The notes under the pieces are model-generated. The model worked only from the letters and a program-made list of their open reading frames with translations. It was not told the origin of the DNA and ran no database searches. Of a stretch of 23,530 nt of DNA, positions 1 through 7,885 are shown piece by piece (position 1 is the stretch's first letter; every line of letters begins with the position of its first letter). The stretch lies in the IMG/VR virus record IMGVR_UViG_2534681997_000007, positions 1-23,530 of that record; one strand, given 5' to 3'. This DNA is from a virus. Taxonomy: Duplodnaviria; Heunggongvirae; Uroviricota; Caudoviricetes. The translations under genes and the position numbers were made by a program.

Positions 1-23
1 AACACCAGCAAACAGATAAAAAA

Positions 24-45
24 GGGCCAGCCAATTGGCCAGCCC
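24..45 (-). terminator. GC-rich imperfect palindrome (GGGCCAGCC AATT GGCCAGCCC) followed on the minus strand by TTTTTTAT; possible intrinsic terminator downstream of int, or a bidirectional terminator shared with a flanking host gene
   Basis: Palindrome and T-run read directly; stem has a 2x2 internal mismatch, so the hairpin is only moderately strong. Confidence 0.35.
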
Positions 46-171
46 TTCTTAACAGGATGTCGCTTAAGCGAAATCTTAGTTAAGACGCTCCTATTAACAC
101 CCCACAGCGAACAAACACTTACCATATAAAACAACTAGTTAAAGTAATTTTTAATGCAGTGAATTGCAGTG

Positions 172-1221
172 TTATGCAACCTCTGCCGCCACATTGTCGC
201 CAACATACAGCGATAACGGATTGAGGGTTACAGCTTGTTCAAGGTGGTCAGGAGCAAAGTGCGCATACTTCATTGTTTCTCGAATATTGGCATGTCCGAG
301 AATTTTCTGCAGCACCAGTATATTCCCTCCGTTCATCATAAAATGCGCACCAAAAGTATGACGCAAAACGTGCGTCTTCTGCCCTTCCGTCAATTCAATA
401 TTCGTTAGTTTGAGCATCTTTTTAAACTCCTGATAGCAGGGTTTAAACATTCTGCCTTGACGTACGGACAACTCGTCGTACAGCCATTTAGGAATAGGAA
501 CTGTGCGATTCTTCTTACCTTTGGTTTTGGTGAACGTTAGTTTATATGGAGAAAGTTGAGGTCGGGTCAATCTCTCCGCTTCCCCCCATCGAGCGCCGGT
601 TGCAAGGCACACCTTAACAATCATGGTGAGGTCTTCTTTGCCGTATTGCTCGCAGGCTCGAAACAGCTCCGGGAGCTGAGACAAAGTTAGCCAGGACATT
701 TCTTTCTCAGCTTCTTTGAATACTCGGATCCCATCAAGTGGATTGGGTAGGCTCCACTCCCCTAACCGGCGGAGCTCATTAAACACTGCTTCTAGGTATT
801 GTTGTTCGCGATTGACGGTTATAGGTTTGGCGATCCATTTCGAGGGGTCTTTATGATAACCATTGTCTATTTCACCACGTAATCGACGGTCACGATAATG
901 AGCCCAGTCTTTCGCGGTAAGGCGAGATGCAATCGGGTCGCCAAGTCCATTACATACGATTTGAAGCTTTGCAAACCTCGACTTACTGGCGACTAACGCT
1001 TGACCGTGCAAATTGTGCCAAAGCTGAATAATCTCGCTTAAGCGTCGGCGGTCTTCTTTCTTGCCGAGCCACGGCTTATCTTCACTCTCGCTTTTGGTAA
1101 ATGCTTCAAATGCCTCGGCCTCACCTTTGGTATTGAACTGCCGACGTATACGCCGCCCTTCTCGACCATTTGGATAGAGTTCACACAACCATTTTCCACT
1201 TTTTTGTTTACTTACAGTCAT
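172..1221 (-). CDS. int: Tyrosine recombinase, phage integrase (P2/186 family)
   Basis: 349-aa ORF; C-terminal catalytic region HVLRHTFGAHFMMNGGNILVLQKILGHANIRETMKYAHF (R...HxxR...Y signature); positioned at prophage end, transcribed toward the att side. Confidence 0.9.
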   Translation of the reverse strand: MTVSKQKSGKWLCELYPNGREGRRIRRQFNTKGEAEAFEAFTKSESEDKPWLGKKEDRRRLSEIIQLWHNLHGQALVASKSRFAKLQIVCNGLGDPIASRLTAKDWAHYRDRRLRGEIDNGYHKDPSKWIAKPITVNREQQYLEAVFNELRRLGEWSLPNPLDGIRVFKEAEKEMSWLTLSQLPELFRACEQYGKEDLTMIVKVCLATGARWGEAERLTRPQLSPYKLTFTKTKGKKNRTVPIPKWLYDELSVRQGRMFKPCYQEFKKMLKLTNIELTEGQKTHVLRHTFGAHFMMNGGNILVLQKILGHANIRETMKYAHFAPDHLEQAVTLNPLSLYVGDNVAAEVA

Positions 1222-1245
1222 TGCGATACCGAGGCTAAAAGAAAA

Positions 1246-1584
1246 TTAATTACAAAGGGCTGTAGCGGCATCAATCACCGGTGAAATTGAAATTTTAACG
1301 CCGTCATACTCAGGGTCATCCTTCCATACGTCATCTAAGTTAGACCCCTCCAGCTTTCCTGATTTAACAGCATCTACCGCCATGCCATTCAGAGGATATC
1401 TATCATCAGTTTTGATGTCATACACAAAAGCATAAGCACGGTTAACACATGATACCTTTGCCTTTTCAAAGGTTAGAGGCCACTTGTCACCATATGCAGC
1501 GCCGTCTATCTCTTTAAACTTCTCAGCGGCTATGGCTGAGGAAGAAAGTGCAATGCAGACTATCGCAAATATAAACTTTTTCAT
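1246..1584 (-). CDS. Small secreted/periplasmic protein of unknown function (moron between int and cI)
   Basis: 112 aa; N-terminal signal peptide MKKFIFAIVCIALSSSAIA-AEK; SD AAGGAG 5 nt upstream of ATG on the minus strand; AT-rich relative to the late genes. Confidence 0.6.
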   Translation of the reverse strand: MKKFIFAIVCIALSSSAIAAEKFKEIDGAAYGDKWPLTFEKAKVSCVNRAYAFVYDIKTDDRYPLNGMAVDAVKSGKLEGSNLDDVWKDDPEYDGVKISISPVIDAATALCN

Positions 1585-1593
1585 TACTGCTCC

Positions 1594-2439
1594 TTAAACA
1601 TGCTTTTCCAAAGTAAAAATAACCGCACCTGATGGTGTGATATCTGAAATATTACATTCAAACTCAGCAGACTTATTTGATAACCTGACCTTTCCGCCTG
1701 GCAACCTGATTACGTCAAAAACATCGAGTGCGCCATCAATACCAATAAGCCAGCGACCATTTCCTATCTTCGAGTTAGAACTATCAACAAGCCAAGATGT
1801 GCTCACACCATCAATAAACACTAAATCATCAGTATTTGATGGAACCATAGATATATCAGGAGTCCAGCGTCCGATATCTTTGAGTTCGCCAGCCTCGAGG
1901 CGGCACTTTCTAATCGTTAAAGCATTTGCCGGTTCACCATCATTACTGTTACGCATCTGGCCTTTTCCGGTTGATAACCATTCTAACGATACGCCAGTAT
2001 CAAGGGCGCAAGTGACAACCACGTCACCGGGGAAAAAATCGCGTCTAACCCAAGTGCTTATAGTGCCGGAAGATATACCTAATAAATCTCCAAGCTCTTT
2101 TTGCAGAGTAAAACCATACGCATCGAGAATCCGACGCAGAACCGCCCTCCCTCCATTTGCCATGATTTCATCATAGAGTTGCTTACCTTTAAGCTTAGTT
2201 TTCACCACTTCAAATCTTGCATTTGCAAGCTCACCATTAATTAGCCATCGCAGGTCAGCTCCAGTATCAAGAGCACACTCAACGAAAACGTTGCTAGGGA
2301 TTACGTTTCTAGCAAGCCAGCTACTCACGTTGTTTGCATGTATGCCAAGCCTTTCGGCTAGTTCCTTTTGCTGCTTAAAGCCGTATGCAGAAAGGACACG
2401 TTCCAATGCGGCAGACGCATTAACATCATTTTTAGACAT
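1594..2439 (-). CDS. cI: Immunity repressor, phage 186 CI-like, with two tandem copies of the CI-type HTH domain plus a C-terminal oligomerisation-type domain
   Basis: Start placed at the Met of MSKNDV (2439) rather than ORF-track 2628, which would run through the divergent promoter and the apl start; internal duplication LERVLSAYGFKQQKELAERLGI...CALDTGADLRWL / LRRILDAYGFTLQKELGDLLGI...CALDTGVSLEWL. Confidence 0.75.
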   Translation of the reverse strand: MSKNDVNASAALERVLSAYGFKQQKELAERLGIHANNVSSWLARNVIPSNVFVECALDTGADLRWLINGELANARFEVVKTKLKGKQLYDEIMANGGRAVLRRILDAYGFTLQKELGDLLGISSGTISTWVRRDFFPGDVVVTCALDTGVSLEWLSTGKGQMRNSNDGEPANALTIRKCRLEAGELKDIGRWTPDISMVPSNTDDLVFIDGVSTSWLVDSSNSKIGNGRWLIGIDGALDVFDVIRLPGGKVRLSNKSAEFECNISDITPSGAVIFTLEKHV

Positions 2440-2453
2440 ATGACACCAACAAG

Positions 2454-2475
2454 AATTTTGTTTACAACCAAAATT
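2454..2475. promoter_or_regulatory. Inverted repeat AATTTTG-N8-CAAAATT overlapping the -35 of the lytic promoter; candidate operator
   Basis: Perfect 7-bp arms at 2454-2460 and 2469-2475 read directly. Confidence 0.35.
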
Positions 2476-2489
2476 TAGCGATCTATATT
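2461..2489 (+). promoter_or_regulatory. Sigma70-type early lytic promoter (pR-like): TTTACA-17 bp-TATATT
   Basis: -35 at 2461-2466 and -10 at 2484-2489, each one mismatch from consensus, 17-bp spacer; sits in the cI/apl divergent intergenic region ~65 bp upstream of the apl ATG. Confidence 0.55.
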
Positions 2490-2552
2490 GGTGCTCACCG
2501 ACCAAGATGCACACCACTGCACTACATTTCAAACAACAGGAGATAATGCGAT

Positions 2553-2924
2553 ATGTCAGATGCAAAATCAATCTCGACGCACGACTCGCAAAACTCACAA
2601 AATCAAACTGTGCTGCTAGATCCAACACAGTTTGATGCCATCGTTACCGCCATGCTGCCAGCTCTACAGACAATGATTCGCTCCGCTATGTCAGACACGA
2701 TGACTGTGAAAGACTTCGCCGCTACTCGCGGTGTTAGCGAGCGTCTGGTCTGGCAATGGCTCGATGAGGGAGTCCTTCTCAAAGCTCCGACCAAAGACTT
2801 TTCCAACAAAGAGGAAGCTGCTAAACGAAGCCGAACCCTCGTAAATGTAAAAGCATGGCGCGATAAGCTGACTCAACAAGCGATTGATTGTCGCTACATC
2901 GACCAGCGCACCGCTCTTAACTGA
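2553..2924 (+). CDS. apl: Apl/Cox-like excisionase and transcriptional regulator (HTH)
   Basis: 123 aa; SD AGGAGA 9 nt upstream; HTH segment MTVKDFAATRGVSERLVWQWLDEGVL; first gene of the rightward operon opposite cI, as in 186. True start could be a downstream Met. Confidence 0.6.
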   Translation: MSDAKSISTHDSQNSQNQTVLLDPTQFDAIVTAMLPALQTMIRSAMSDTMTVKDFAATRGVSERLVWQWLDEGVLLKAPTKDFSNKEEAAKRSRTLVNVKAWRDKLTQQAIDCRYIDQRTALN

Positions 2925-2956
2925 ATTTGATTATGCAAGTTAGAGGGAATTTAACC

Positions 2957-3466
2957 ATGTTTGATTTTCAGGTTTCCAAACATCCCCACTATGACGAAGC
3001 ATGCCGCATTTTCGCACAGCGTCACAACATGGCGAAGCTGGCCGAGCGTGCAGGTATGAACGTTCAAACGTTACGTAACAAGCTCAACCCGGAACAGCCT
3101 CACCAGTTCACGCCGCATGAATTGTGGCTGCTGACTGACCTGACCGAAGACTCAACCCTCATTGATGGTTTTTTAGCGCAGATTCACTGCCTACCATGCG
3201 TGCCGGTTAATGAGTTGGCTAAAGACAAATTGCAGTCTTATGTCATGCGCGCAATGCGTGAACTCGGCGAACTGGCGAGCGGCGCGGTATCTGATGAACG
3301 TCTGACCACTGCCCGTAAGCACAACATGATTGAAAGCGTTAACTCCGGCATTCGCATGTTGTCATTGTCGGCTCTGGCGCTGCATGCACGTCTGCAGACT
3401 AATCCAGCTATGTCGAGCGTGATCGATACCATGAGCGGTATTGGCGCATCGTTTGGTCTGATTTGA
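2957..3466 (+). CDS. cII: CII-like lysogeny-establishment regulator (186 CII family)
   Basis: Start moved to ATG 2957 (MFDFQVSKHPHYDEAC...) with SD GAGGG 9 nt upstream; ORF-track start 2927 is TTG. Position immediately after apl. Confidence 0.7.
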   Translation: MFDFQVSKHPHYDEACRIFAQRHNMAKLAERAGMNVQTLRNKLNPEQPHQFTPHELWLLTDLTEDSTLIDGFLAQIHCLPCVPVNELAKDKLQSYVMRAMRELGELASGAVSDERLTTARKHNMIESVNSGIRMLSLSALALHARLQTNPAMSSVIDTMSGIGASFGLI

Positions 3467-3473
3467 GGTGCGT

Positions 3474-3674
3474 ATGCTGAAAAGTGAACCGTCATTCGCA
3501 TCTCTGCTCGTTAAGCAAAGCCCCGGCATGCACTACGGCCACGGCTGGATCGCAGGTAAGGACGGCAAGCGCTGGCACCCGAGCCACTCGCAGGCTGATT
3601 TACTGGCTGGCCTCTCTACTCAAAAGCGGGGGGGATCATGGCTATCGAAGCTGTTTCCGCGACTGTTCCGCTAA
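3474..3674 (+). CDS. Small early protein, possibly Fil-like (host filamentation) by position and recalled similarity
   Basis: ORF-track start 3468 is GTG; ATG at 3474 has SD GAGG 5 nt upstream; MLKSEPSFASLLVKQSPGMHYGHGWIAGKDGKRWHP... Confidence 0.45.
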   Translation: MLKSEPSFASLLVKQSPGMHYGHGWIAGKDGKRWHPSHSQADLLAGLSTQKRGGSWLSKLFPRLFR

Positions 3675-3976
3675 AAGCGGGTGAACGTCTGGCCGGTCTC
3701 AATCATGTTGCCGAATTGCGCGCGAGATATTGGGGCGATAGCTGGAAAGAGGTTGAACGTTTTGTCGATGATATGCGCGATAAACTTGACCCACAATTTG
3801 AAGAAAATAATCGGGCGCTGGCCGCTATTTTCTTTCTGGCAAAAATACCGGCGGCTCGTCATGAACTCGAATTAAGTGAGCTGACTACTGACGAGAAAAA
3901 GGCGCTTATTACAGCGATGAATCATTTTCGTGCAGTAGTGAGCTTATTTCCCAAACGGCTAACCATGCCGAATTAA
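3638..3976 (+). CDS. Hypothetical early protein
   Basis: 112 aa; ATG preceded by GGGGGGGA; overlaps the previous gene by 37 bp. Confidence 0.5.
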   Translation: MAIEAVSATVPLKAGERLAGLNHVAELRARYWGDSWKEVERFVDDMRDKLDPQFEENNRALAAIFFLAKIPAARHELELSELTTDEKKALITAMNHFRAVVSLFPKRLTMPN

Positions 3977-4043
3977 TCCAAACAGAAATTTAATGGCGTA
4001 AACCCGCCGGGCATCTTATTGCCCGAAAGCAGGAGAGTTAATT

Positions 4044-4271
4044 ATGCGTAATACCGAAATCCGTAGTTTTAACACTGATAGCGATGCGCTGGCCGTATTG
4101 CTGACCGATGCAAAAAAAGAAGAGCGTAAAGACCGCGCGCTCGCTGTTTCCATCCGCCTTGAGGCGCTGGCTATCCATATTACCAGAGAGGGTATGAGCG
4201 GCACCGAAGCTGCCGAACTGCTGCGCCGTGAAGCAACCCGCTTTGAGAATGAATCACAGGAGCTGCACTAA
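4044..4271 (+). CDS. Hypothetical early protein
   Basis: 75 aa; SD AGGAGA 8 nt upstream of ATG. Confidence 0.5.
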   Translation: MRNTEIRSFNTDSDALAVLLTDAKKEERKDRALAVSIRLEALAIHITREGMSGTEAAELLRREATRFENESQELH

Positions 4272-4492
4272 TGGCCGACGCAATGGATTTAGCACAACTG
4301 CGCGAGCAGGAAGACCGCGAACGCCACATCAGCAACGCACGCACCCGTATCGCTGCACCTTCCCGTTTTCTTTGCGAGGAATGTGACACACCAATCCCGG
4401 AAGCTCGCCGCATTGCGATTCCGGGCGTGGCTTTTTGCGTAACCTGCCAGCAAATAGCAGAGCTAAAAAACAAACACTATCGGGGGGTATAA
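4271..4492 (+). CDS. TraR/DksA-type C4 zinc-finger protein
   Basis: 73 aa; CEECDTPIPEARRIAIPGVAFCVTC (CxxC-N17-CxxC); start overlaps upstream stop (TAATG). Confidence 0.65.
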   Translation: MADAMDLAQLREQEDRERHISNARTRIAAPSRFLCEECDTPIPEARRIAIPGVAFCVTCQQIAELKNKHYRGV

Positions 4493-4493
4493 A

Positions 4494-6713
4494 TTGGCTG
4501 TTCAATTCGCTTATCCGTGGAACGTCCCACGGTCGGCAATCTCCAGCCCATACCTTACTTATGAGCAACAGCATCGTCGCGACCGTATGTTCGCGGCTTT
4601 GCTGCATGCAAAAAAGGTGCTTTCTCTCCAGCCCGACTGCGTACGGTTAGATGTTTATCGCACTGCTGCGGTGCTGGAGCAAAATCAGGGTAGTCAACGA
4701 GCCAATGCATTTTTAATCAGCTTCTGCAAAAAGGCATTGCCGCGTCTTGAACTGGTCGCAAAAAAATACGAATGCGCTGGTATCAACAGCAAGGTATCAA
4801 CCGCTGTTTTTGGAAGTCATTTTGATACTCAGCAAATGCAATATCTGTCGTCACGCATGGTTAATATGGTCGCCCAATATAACCGTCTCCCGGACATGTC
4901 GCGCGCTGATGTTGACCTGTTGGCCGCTGATATTGCTAATTTCATTCGTGGTGAACTTGCCAACATTAATGACCACGGATTCGGCGAGCTTAAAACGCTG
5001 TACACCTGGTATATTCGTGCTGGCTTTATTTCCCTCCAATTCAACGTTATCCCACCACATTGGGAGCGGGTTGAAAAAAAATATGTCGGTGCGGATGAAA
5101 TCGCACCGGCTATCGCCAAAATGTTTAACGATGGGTGGTGGCGCGGTCGTTTGCGCCGTGTTGCAGCTACGTGGCGCGAACACCTGCAAATTGCAGTCGG
5201 CAACGTCAGTAAGAAAAAAAACACTTACGCGAGTAAAAACTGCGTGACTGACTGGCGTGAACAAAAGCGCCGCACTCGTGAATTTCTCAAAGGTCTGGAT
5301 CTCGAAGACGAAGACGGCAACCGTATCAGCCTAATTGAAAAATATGATGGCTCAGTTGCTAACCCTGCGATTCGCCGCTGTGAGCTCATGACCCGCATTC
5401 GTGGGTTTGAAAACATCTGTAATGAGCTCGGTTATGTCGGTGAGTTTTACACTCTAACCGCGCCGTCAAAATATCACGCCACGACTAAAGCCGGTTACCG
5501 TAACAGCAAATGGAGCGGTGCCAGCCCGGCTGACACGCAAAACTATCTAACCGGTATCTGGGCGCGTATCCGTGCCAAACTACATCGGGAAGATGTCCGT
5601 ATTTTCGGTATTCGTGTCGCCGAGCCCCATCACGACGGCACTCCACACTGGCACATGCTGATGTTCATGCTGCCGGAAGATGTTGAATATGTTCGCTCCA
5701 TCGTCCGTAAATACGCATGGAAAGAAGACCGCCACGAACTGAAAAGCGATAAATCCAAAAAAGCACGTTTCCACGCCGAGTCCATTGACCCGGAGAAAGG
5801 CAGCGCAACCGGCTATGTTGCTAAATACATTTCAAAAAATATCGACGGTTATGCTCTCGATGGTGAAACCGATGATGAAAGCGGTGAGCTGCTGAAAGAG
5901 ACAGCCCCCGCCGTTTCAGCATGGGCTGCGCGCTGGCACATCCGTCAGTTTCAGTTTATTGGTGGTGCGCCGGTGACGGTTTACCGTGAGTTGCGTCGCC
6001 TCGCTGATACCGAAACCGCGCACGGTCTGAGCGTTGAGTTTGCCGCCGTCCATGATGCCGCCGACGCTGGTGACTGGGCTGGTTATGTTAATGCTCAAGG
6101 TGGGCCGTTTGTCCGTCGCGATGATTTACAGGTGCGCACACTGTATGAACCGCGTACCGAGCTTAATCAGTACGGTGAGGAAACGGTATGTATTAAGGGG
6201 GTCTACGATTCCTCCATAGGTGCAGGAAGCCCGATTTTAACCCGGCTCACTCAGTGGAAGATTGTTCCGAAGCGTGCTGTTGATTTGGCCGTTGACCTTC
6301 AGGACGGCAAAGCCGTCCCTCGGAGTTCTGTCAATAACTGTACGGGAAGCGAAAGCGATCCACCGGAACTCGATTTATCAAAACCCCTGAGTCGACGTGA
6401 AAGACGAGAGCTGACAAACCGACTCAGGAAGCAAAAGCCAGCAATACGGCGAAAATTCATCCACGGAACGGATGAGCAAAACGCAGCTATAGCTAAAACT
6501 ATCGACGAGATACAACTTACAACTGGCATCACAATCAGCCGGGGCGAAGCCCTGCACCTGATGGCCGGTGGTAAAAGTTGTTTTGATGACAAATGGCTAC
6601 GCGGAACATCAATGGGTGAAATATTTTCCGCTGCGCCATCACATCAGGCTAAAGCCAAGAAAATCCTTAATCGCGTTGCTGCGATGGCTGAAGCAGCAAA
6701 AACCAATACCTGA
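4494..6713 (+). CDS. A: Rolling-circle replication initiator endonuclease gpA (P2 A / 186 RepA family)
   Basis: 739-aa ORF; HUH-type motif PHHDGTPHWHMLMF and catalytic tyrosine motif TGYVAKYISKNIDGYA; ORF-track start 4494 is TTG one base after the upstream stop, first in-frame ATG is 4587, so the start is uncertain. Confidence 0.9.
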   Translation: MAVQFAYPWNVPRSAISSPYLTYEQQHRRDRMFAALLHAKKVLSLQPDCVRLDVYRTAAVLEQNQGSQRANAFLISFCKKALPRLELVAKKYECAGINSKVSTAVFGSHFDTQQMQYLSSRMVNMVAQYNRLPDMSRADVDLLAADIANFIRGELANINDHGFGELKTLYTWYIRAGFISLQFNVIPPHWERVEKKYVGADEIAPAIAKMFNDGWWRGRLRRVAATWREHLQIAVGNVSKKKNTYASKNCVTDWREQKRRTREFLKGLDLEDEDGNRISLIEKYDGSVANPAIRRCELMTRIRGFENICNELGYVGEFYTLTAPSKYHATTKAGYRNSKWSGASPADTQNYLTGIWARIRAKLHREDVRIFGIRVAEPHHDGTPHWHMLMFMLPEDVEYVRSIVRKYAWKEDRHELKSDKSKKARFHAESIDPEKGSATGYVAKYISKNIDGYALDGETDDESGELLKETAPAVSAWAARWHIRQFQFIGGAPVTVYRELRRLADTETAHGLSVEFAAVHDAADAGDWAGYVNAQGGPFVRRDDLQVRTLYEPRTELNQYGEETVCIKGVYDSSIGAGSPILTRLTQWKIVPKRAVDLAVDLQDGKAVPRSSVNNCTGSESDPPELDLSKPLSRRERRELTNRLRKQKPAIRRKFIHGTDEQNAAIAKTIDEIQLTTGITISRGEALHLMAGGKSCFDDKWLRGTSMGEIFSAAPSHQAKAKKILNRVAAMAEAAKTNT

Positions 6714-6731
6714 GTAATTCACATCCATATC

Positions 6732-6765
6732 ATGAACATACAGCAATCACCCTGTTCATTTTTTT
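6732..6765 (+). terminator. Weak terminator-like hairpin after gene A (ATGAACA-N14-TGTTCAT followed by a T7 run)
   Basis: 7-bp AT-rich stem with a large loop, then TTTTTTT; read directly. Confidence 0.3.
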
Positions 6766-6790
6766 CTTCCCATCTTTTGCCAATACGTGC

Positions 6791-6810
6791 TACTGTATAA
6801 ATATACAGTA
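6791..6810. promoter_or_regulatory. LexA box (SOS operator) TACTGTATAAATATACAGTA
   Basis: Perfect CTGT-N8-ACAG core with AT-rich spacer, one mismatch to the 20-bp consensus; 21 bp upstream of the 6831 ATG; a possible -35 TTGCCA lies at 6777-6782. Confidence 0.7.
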
Positions 6811-6830
6811 CACCCTATGGGAGGGATTTC

Positions 6831-7013
6831 ATGGTTGGCGAACATTTCAGCCGAACGCAGCAAAAGTGGGCTTGTGTGCAATTTATTGCCGAGGTATCTC
6901 TGATTGCAAACTGCAAACCAGCAGACTTAAAGCTCGCACTCACTCTCATTGCTGACCTTGCAAACAGCGAAAATAACGAAACAGAAGAAAAAATTTTTTA
7001 TAAGGTTGAATAG
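6831..7013 (+). CDS. Small ORF under the LexA box; candidate SOS-induced protein at the position where phage 186 encodes its antirepressor Tum
   Basis: 60 aa; SD GGGAGGG 7 nt upstream of ATG; no recognisable domain; much shorter than 186 Tum as I recall it. Confidence 0.4.
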   Translation: MVGEHFSRTQQKWACVQFIAEVSLIANCKPADLKLALTLIADLANSENNETEEKIFYKVE

Positions 7014-7195
7014 AAGCATGATTGAACGACTCTCTTTGCAGGTTTTTTGACAGAAGTTAATAGCTTTTTCGTTAACCAAAGAAAAGACTGATAGTACAAA
7101 CGACTAGTAGAATCATCACCATGGCAAAAAGATAGTTTATTTAACTGAAATCACTGGATTTTGATGAAGAAATAGACAGTTTTACATAATGTTTG

Positions 7196-7224
7196 TTGAT
7201 TCACCGAAGACACGAACCTATAAT
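7196..7224 (+). promoter_or_regulatory. Sigma70-type promoter TTGATT-17 bp-TATAAT upstream of the Panacea-domain gene
   Basis: Consensus -10 at 7219-7224, -35 at 7196-7201, 17-bp spacer; ~150 bp upstream of the 7373 ATG. Confidence 0.5.
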
Positions 7225-7308
7225 TCGCGCGCTACCATGCTTATCGTCATTGCTATTTACTGTTATTTGTAAGTATTGACGCTACTAGAGTAGTCAGTTA
7301 GTCTCAAA

Positions 7309-7328
7309 GTAGATGGTTATCCATCTAC
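7309..7328. promoter_or_regulatory. Perfect palindrome GTAGATGG-TTAT-CCATCTAC between promoter and Panacea gene; candidate operator or 5' UTR hairpin
   Basis: 8-bp arms with 4-bp spacer read directly. Confidence 0.4.
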
Positions 7329-7372
7329 ATAAGATGCATCGCTTTTATGCGAGGTTCATCTAAGGAGGTTTT

Positions 7373-7843
7373 ATGTACAACCCGATTTGCATCGTGAACG
7401 AATTTATCGAACGCGCTAAAAAAAACGGGGACAACCTCACCCACATGCAGGCTCAAAAGCTTCTTTATGTTGCTCATGGTTACAGCCTAGCTTTTCTTAA
7501 CGAGCCTTTGCTTGAAGAACCAGTGTGTGCGTGGAGGTACGGTCCGGTAATTCCATCGGTCTACTATGCGCTGCGCCATAATCGTTCAAACCCGATATCA
7601 GAAAAAGCATCATCAACATCGGTAGTACCGGAAAAGATAGACAGTAAAACTGCATCACTTCTGGACATGATTTACGAAACATACGGGAAGCTTTCCGGTG
7701 TTCTCTTATCTGAATTTACTCATCGCCCAGGTACTCCATGGTCACAGGCGATAGAAAAACGAGAAAACATCATCAGTGATGCCAGTATCAAAGACTATTA
7801 TTTGCGTCTAGCAAGACGAGATCCAGTTTGCAACGGATTGTAA
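7373..7843 (+). CDS. Panacea-domain (DUF4065, GepA/SocA-like) protein; candidate antitoxin or immunity component
   Basis: 156 aa; strong SD AAGGAGG 5 nt upstream; motif MQAQKLLYVAHGYSLAFLNEPLLEEPVCAWRYGPVIPSVYYAL matches the DUF4065 core as I recall it. Confidence 0.75.
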   Translation: MYNPICIVNEFIERAKKNGDNLTHMQAQKLLYVAHGYSLAFLNEPLLEEPVCAWRYGPVIPSVYYALRHNRSNPISEKASSTSVVPEKIDSKTASLLDMIYETYGKLSGVLLSEFTHRPGTPWSQAIEKRENIISDASIKDYYLRLARRDPVCNGL

Positions 7844-7860
7844 AATCAGATTATTATTGA

Positions 7861-7885
7861 CCCCGCTTAAACTGCGGGGTTTTTT
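7861..7885 (+). terminator. Intrinsic-terminator-like hairpin CCCCGC-TTAAACT-GCGGGG followed by TTTTTT, ending immediately at the start codon of the next gene
   Basis: 6-bp GC stem, 7-nt loop, 6 T; the only purine-rich SD-like element for the downstream ATG (GGGG, 7876-7879) is inside the 3' arm. Confidence 0.5.

Noticed and set aside
1637-2176. 179-aa plus-strand ORF and the 5' extension of the cI ORF to 2628
   Set aside because: The plus-strand ORF is antisense to the well-supported cI gene and has no RBS; the 2628 start would run through the divergent lytic promoter and the apl start, so the internal Met at 2439 is the start.
2603-2879. Two minus-strand ORFs (68 and 62 aa) inside apl
   Set aside because: Antisense to a gene with a good RBS and HTH motif; no start signals of their own.
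3484-3684. 66-aa alternative-frame ORF overlapping the Fil-like gene
   Set aside because: Same strand, different frame, low-complexity Ala/Ser/Thr-rich translation typical of an off-frame read; the 3474 frame has the RBS.
4747-5264. Several 130-166-aa ORFs on both strands inside gene A
   Set aside because: Nested entirely within the replication gene, which has clear catalytic motifs; no RBS; out-of-frame artefacts.
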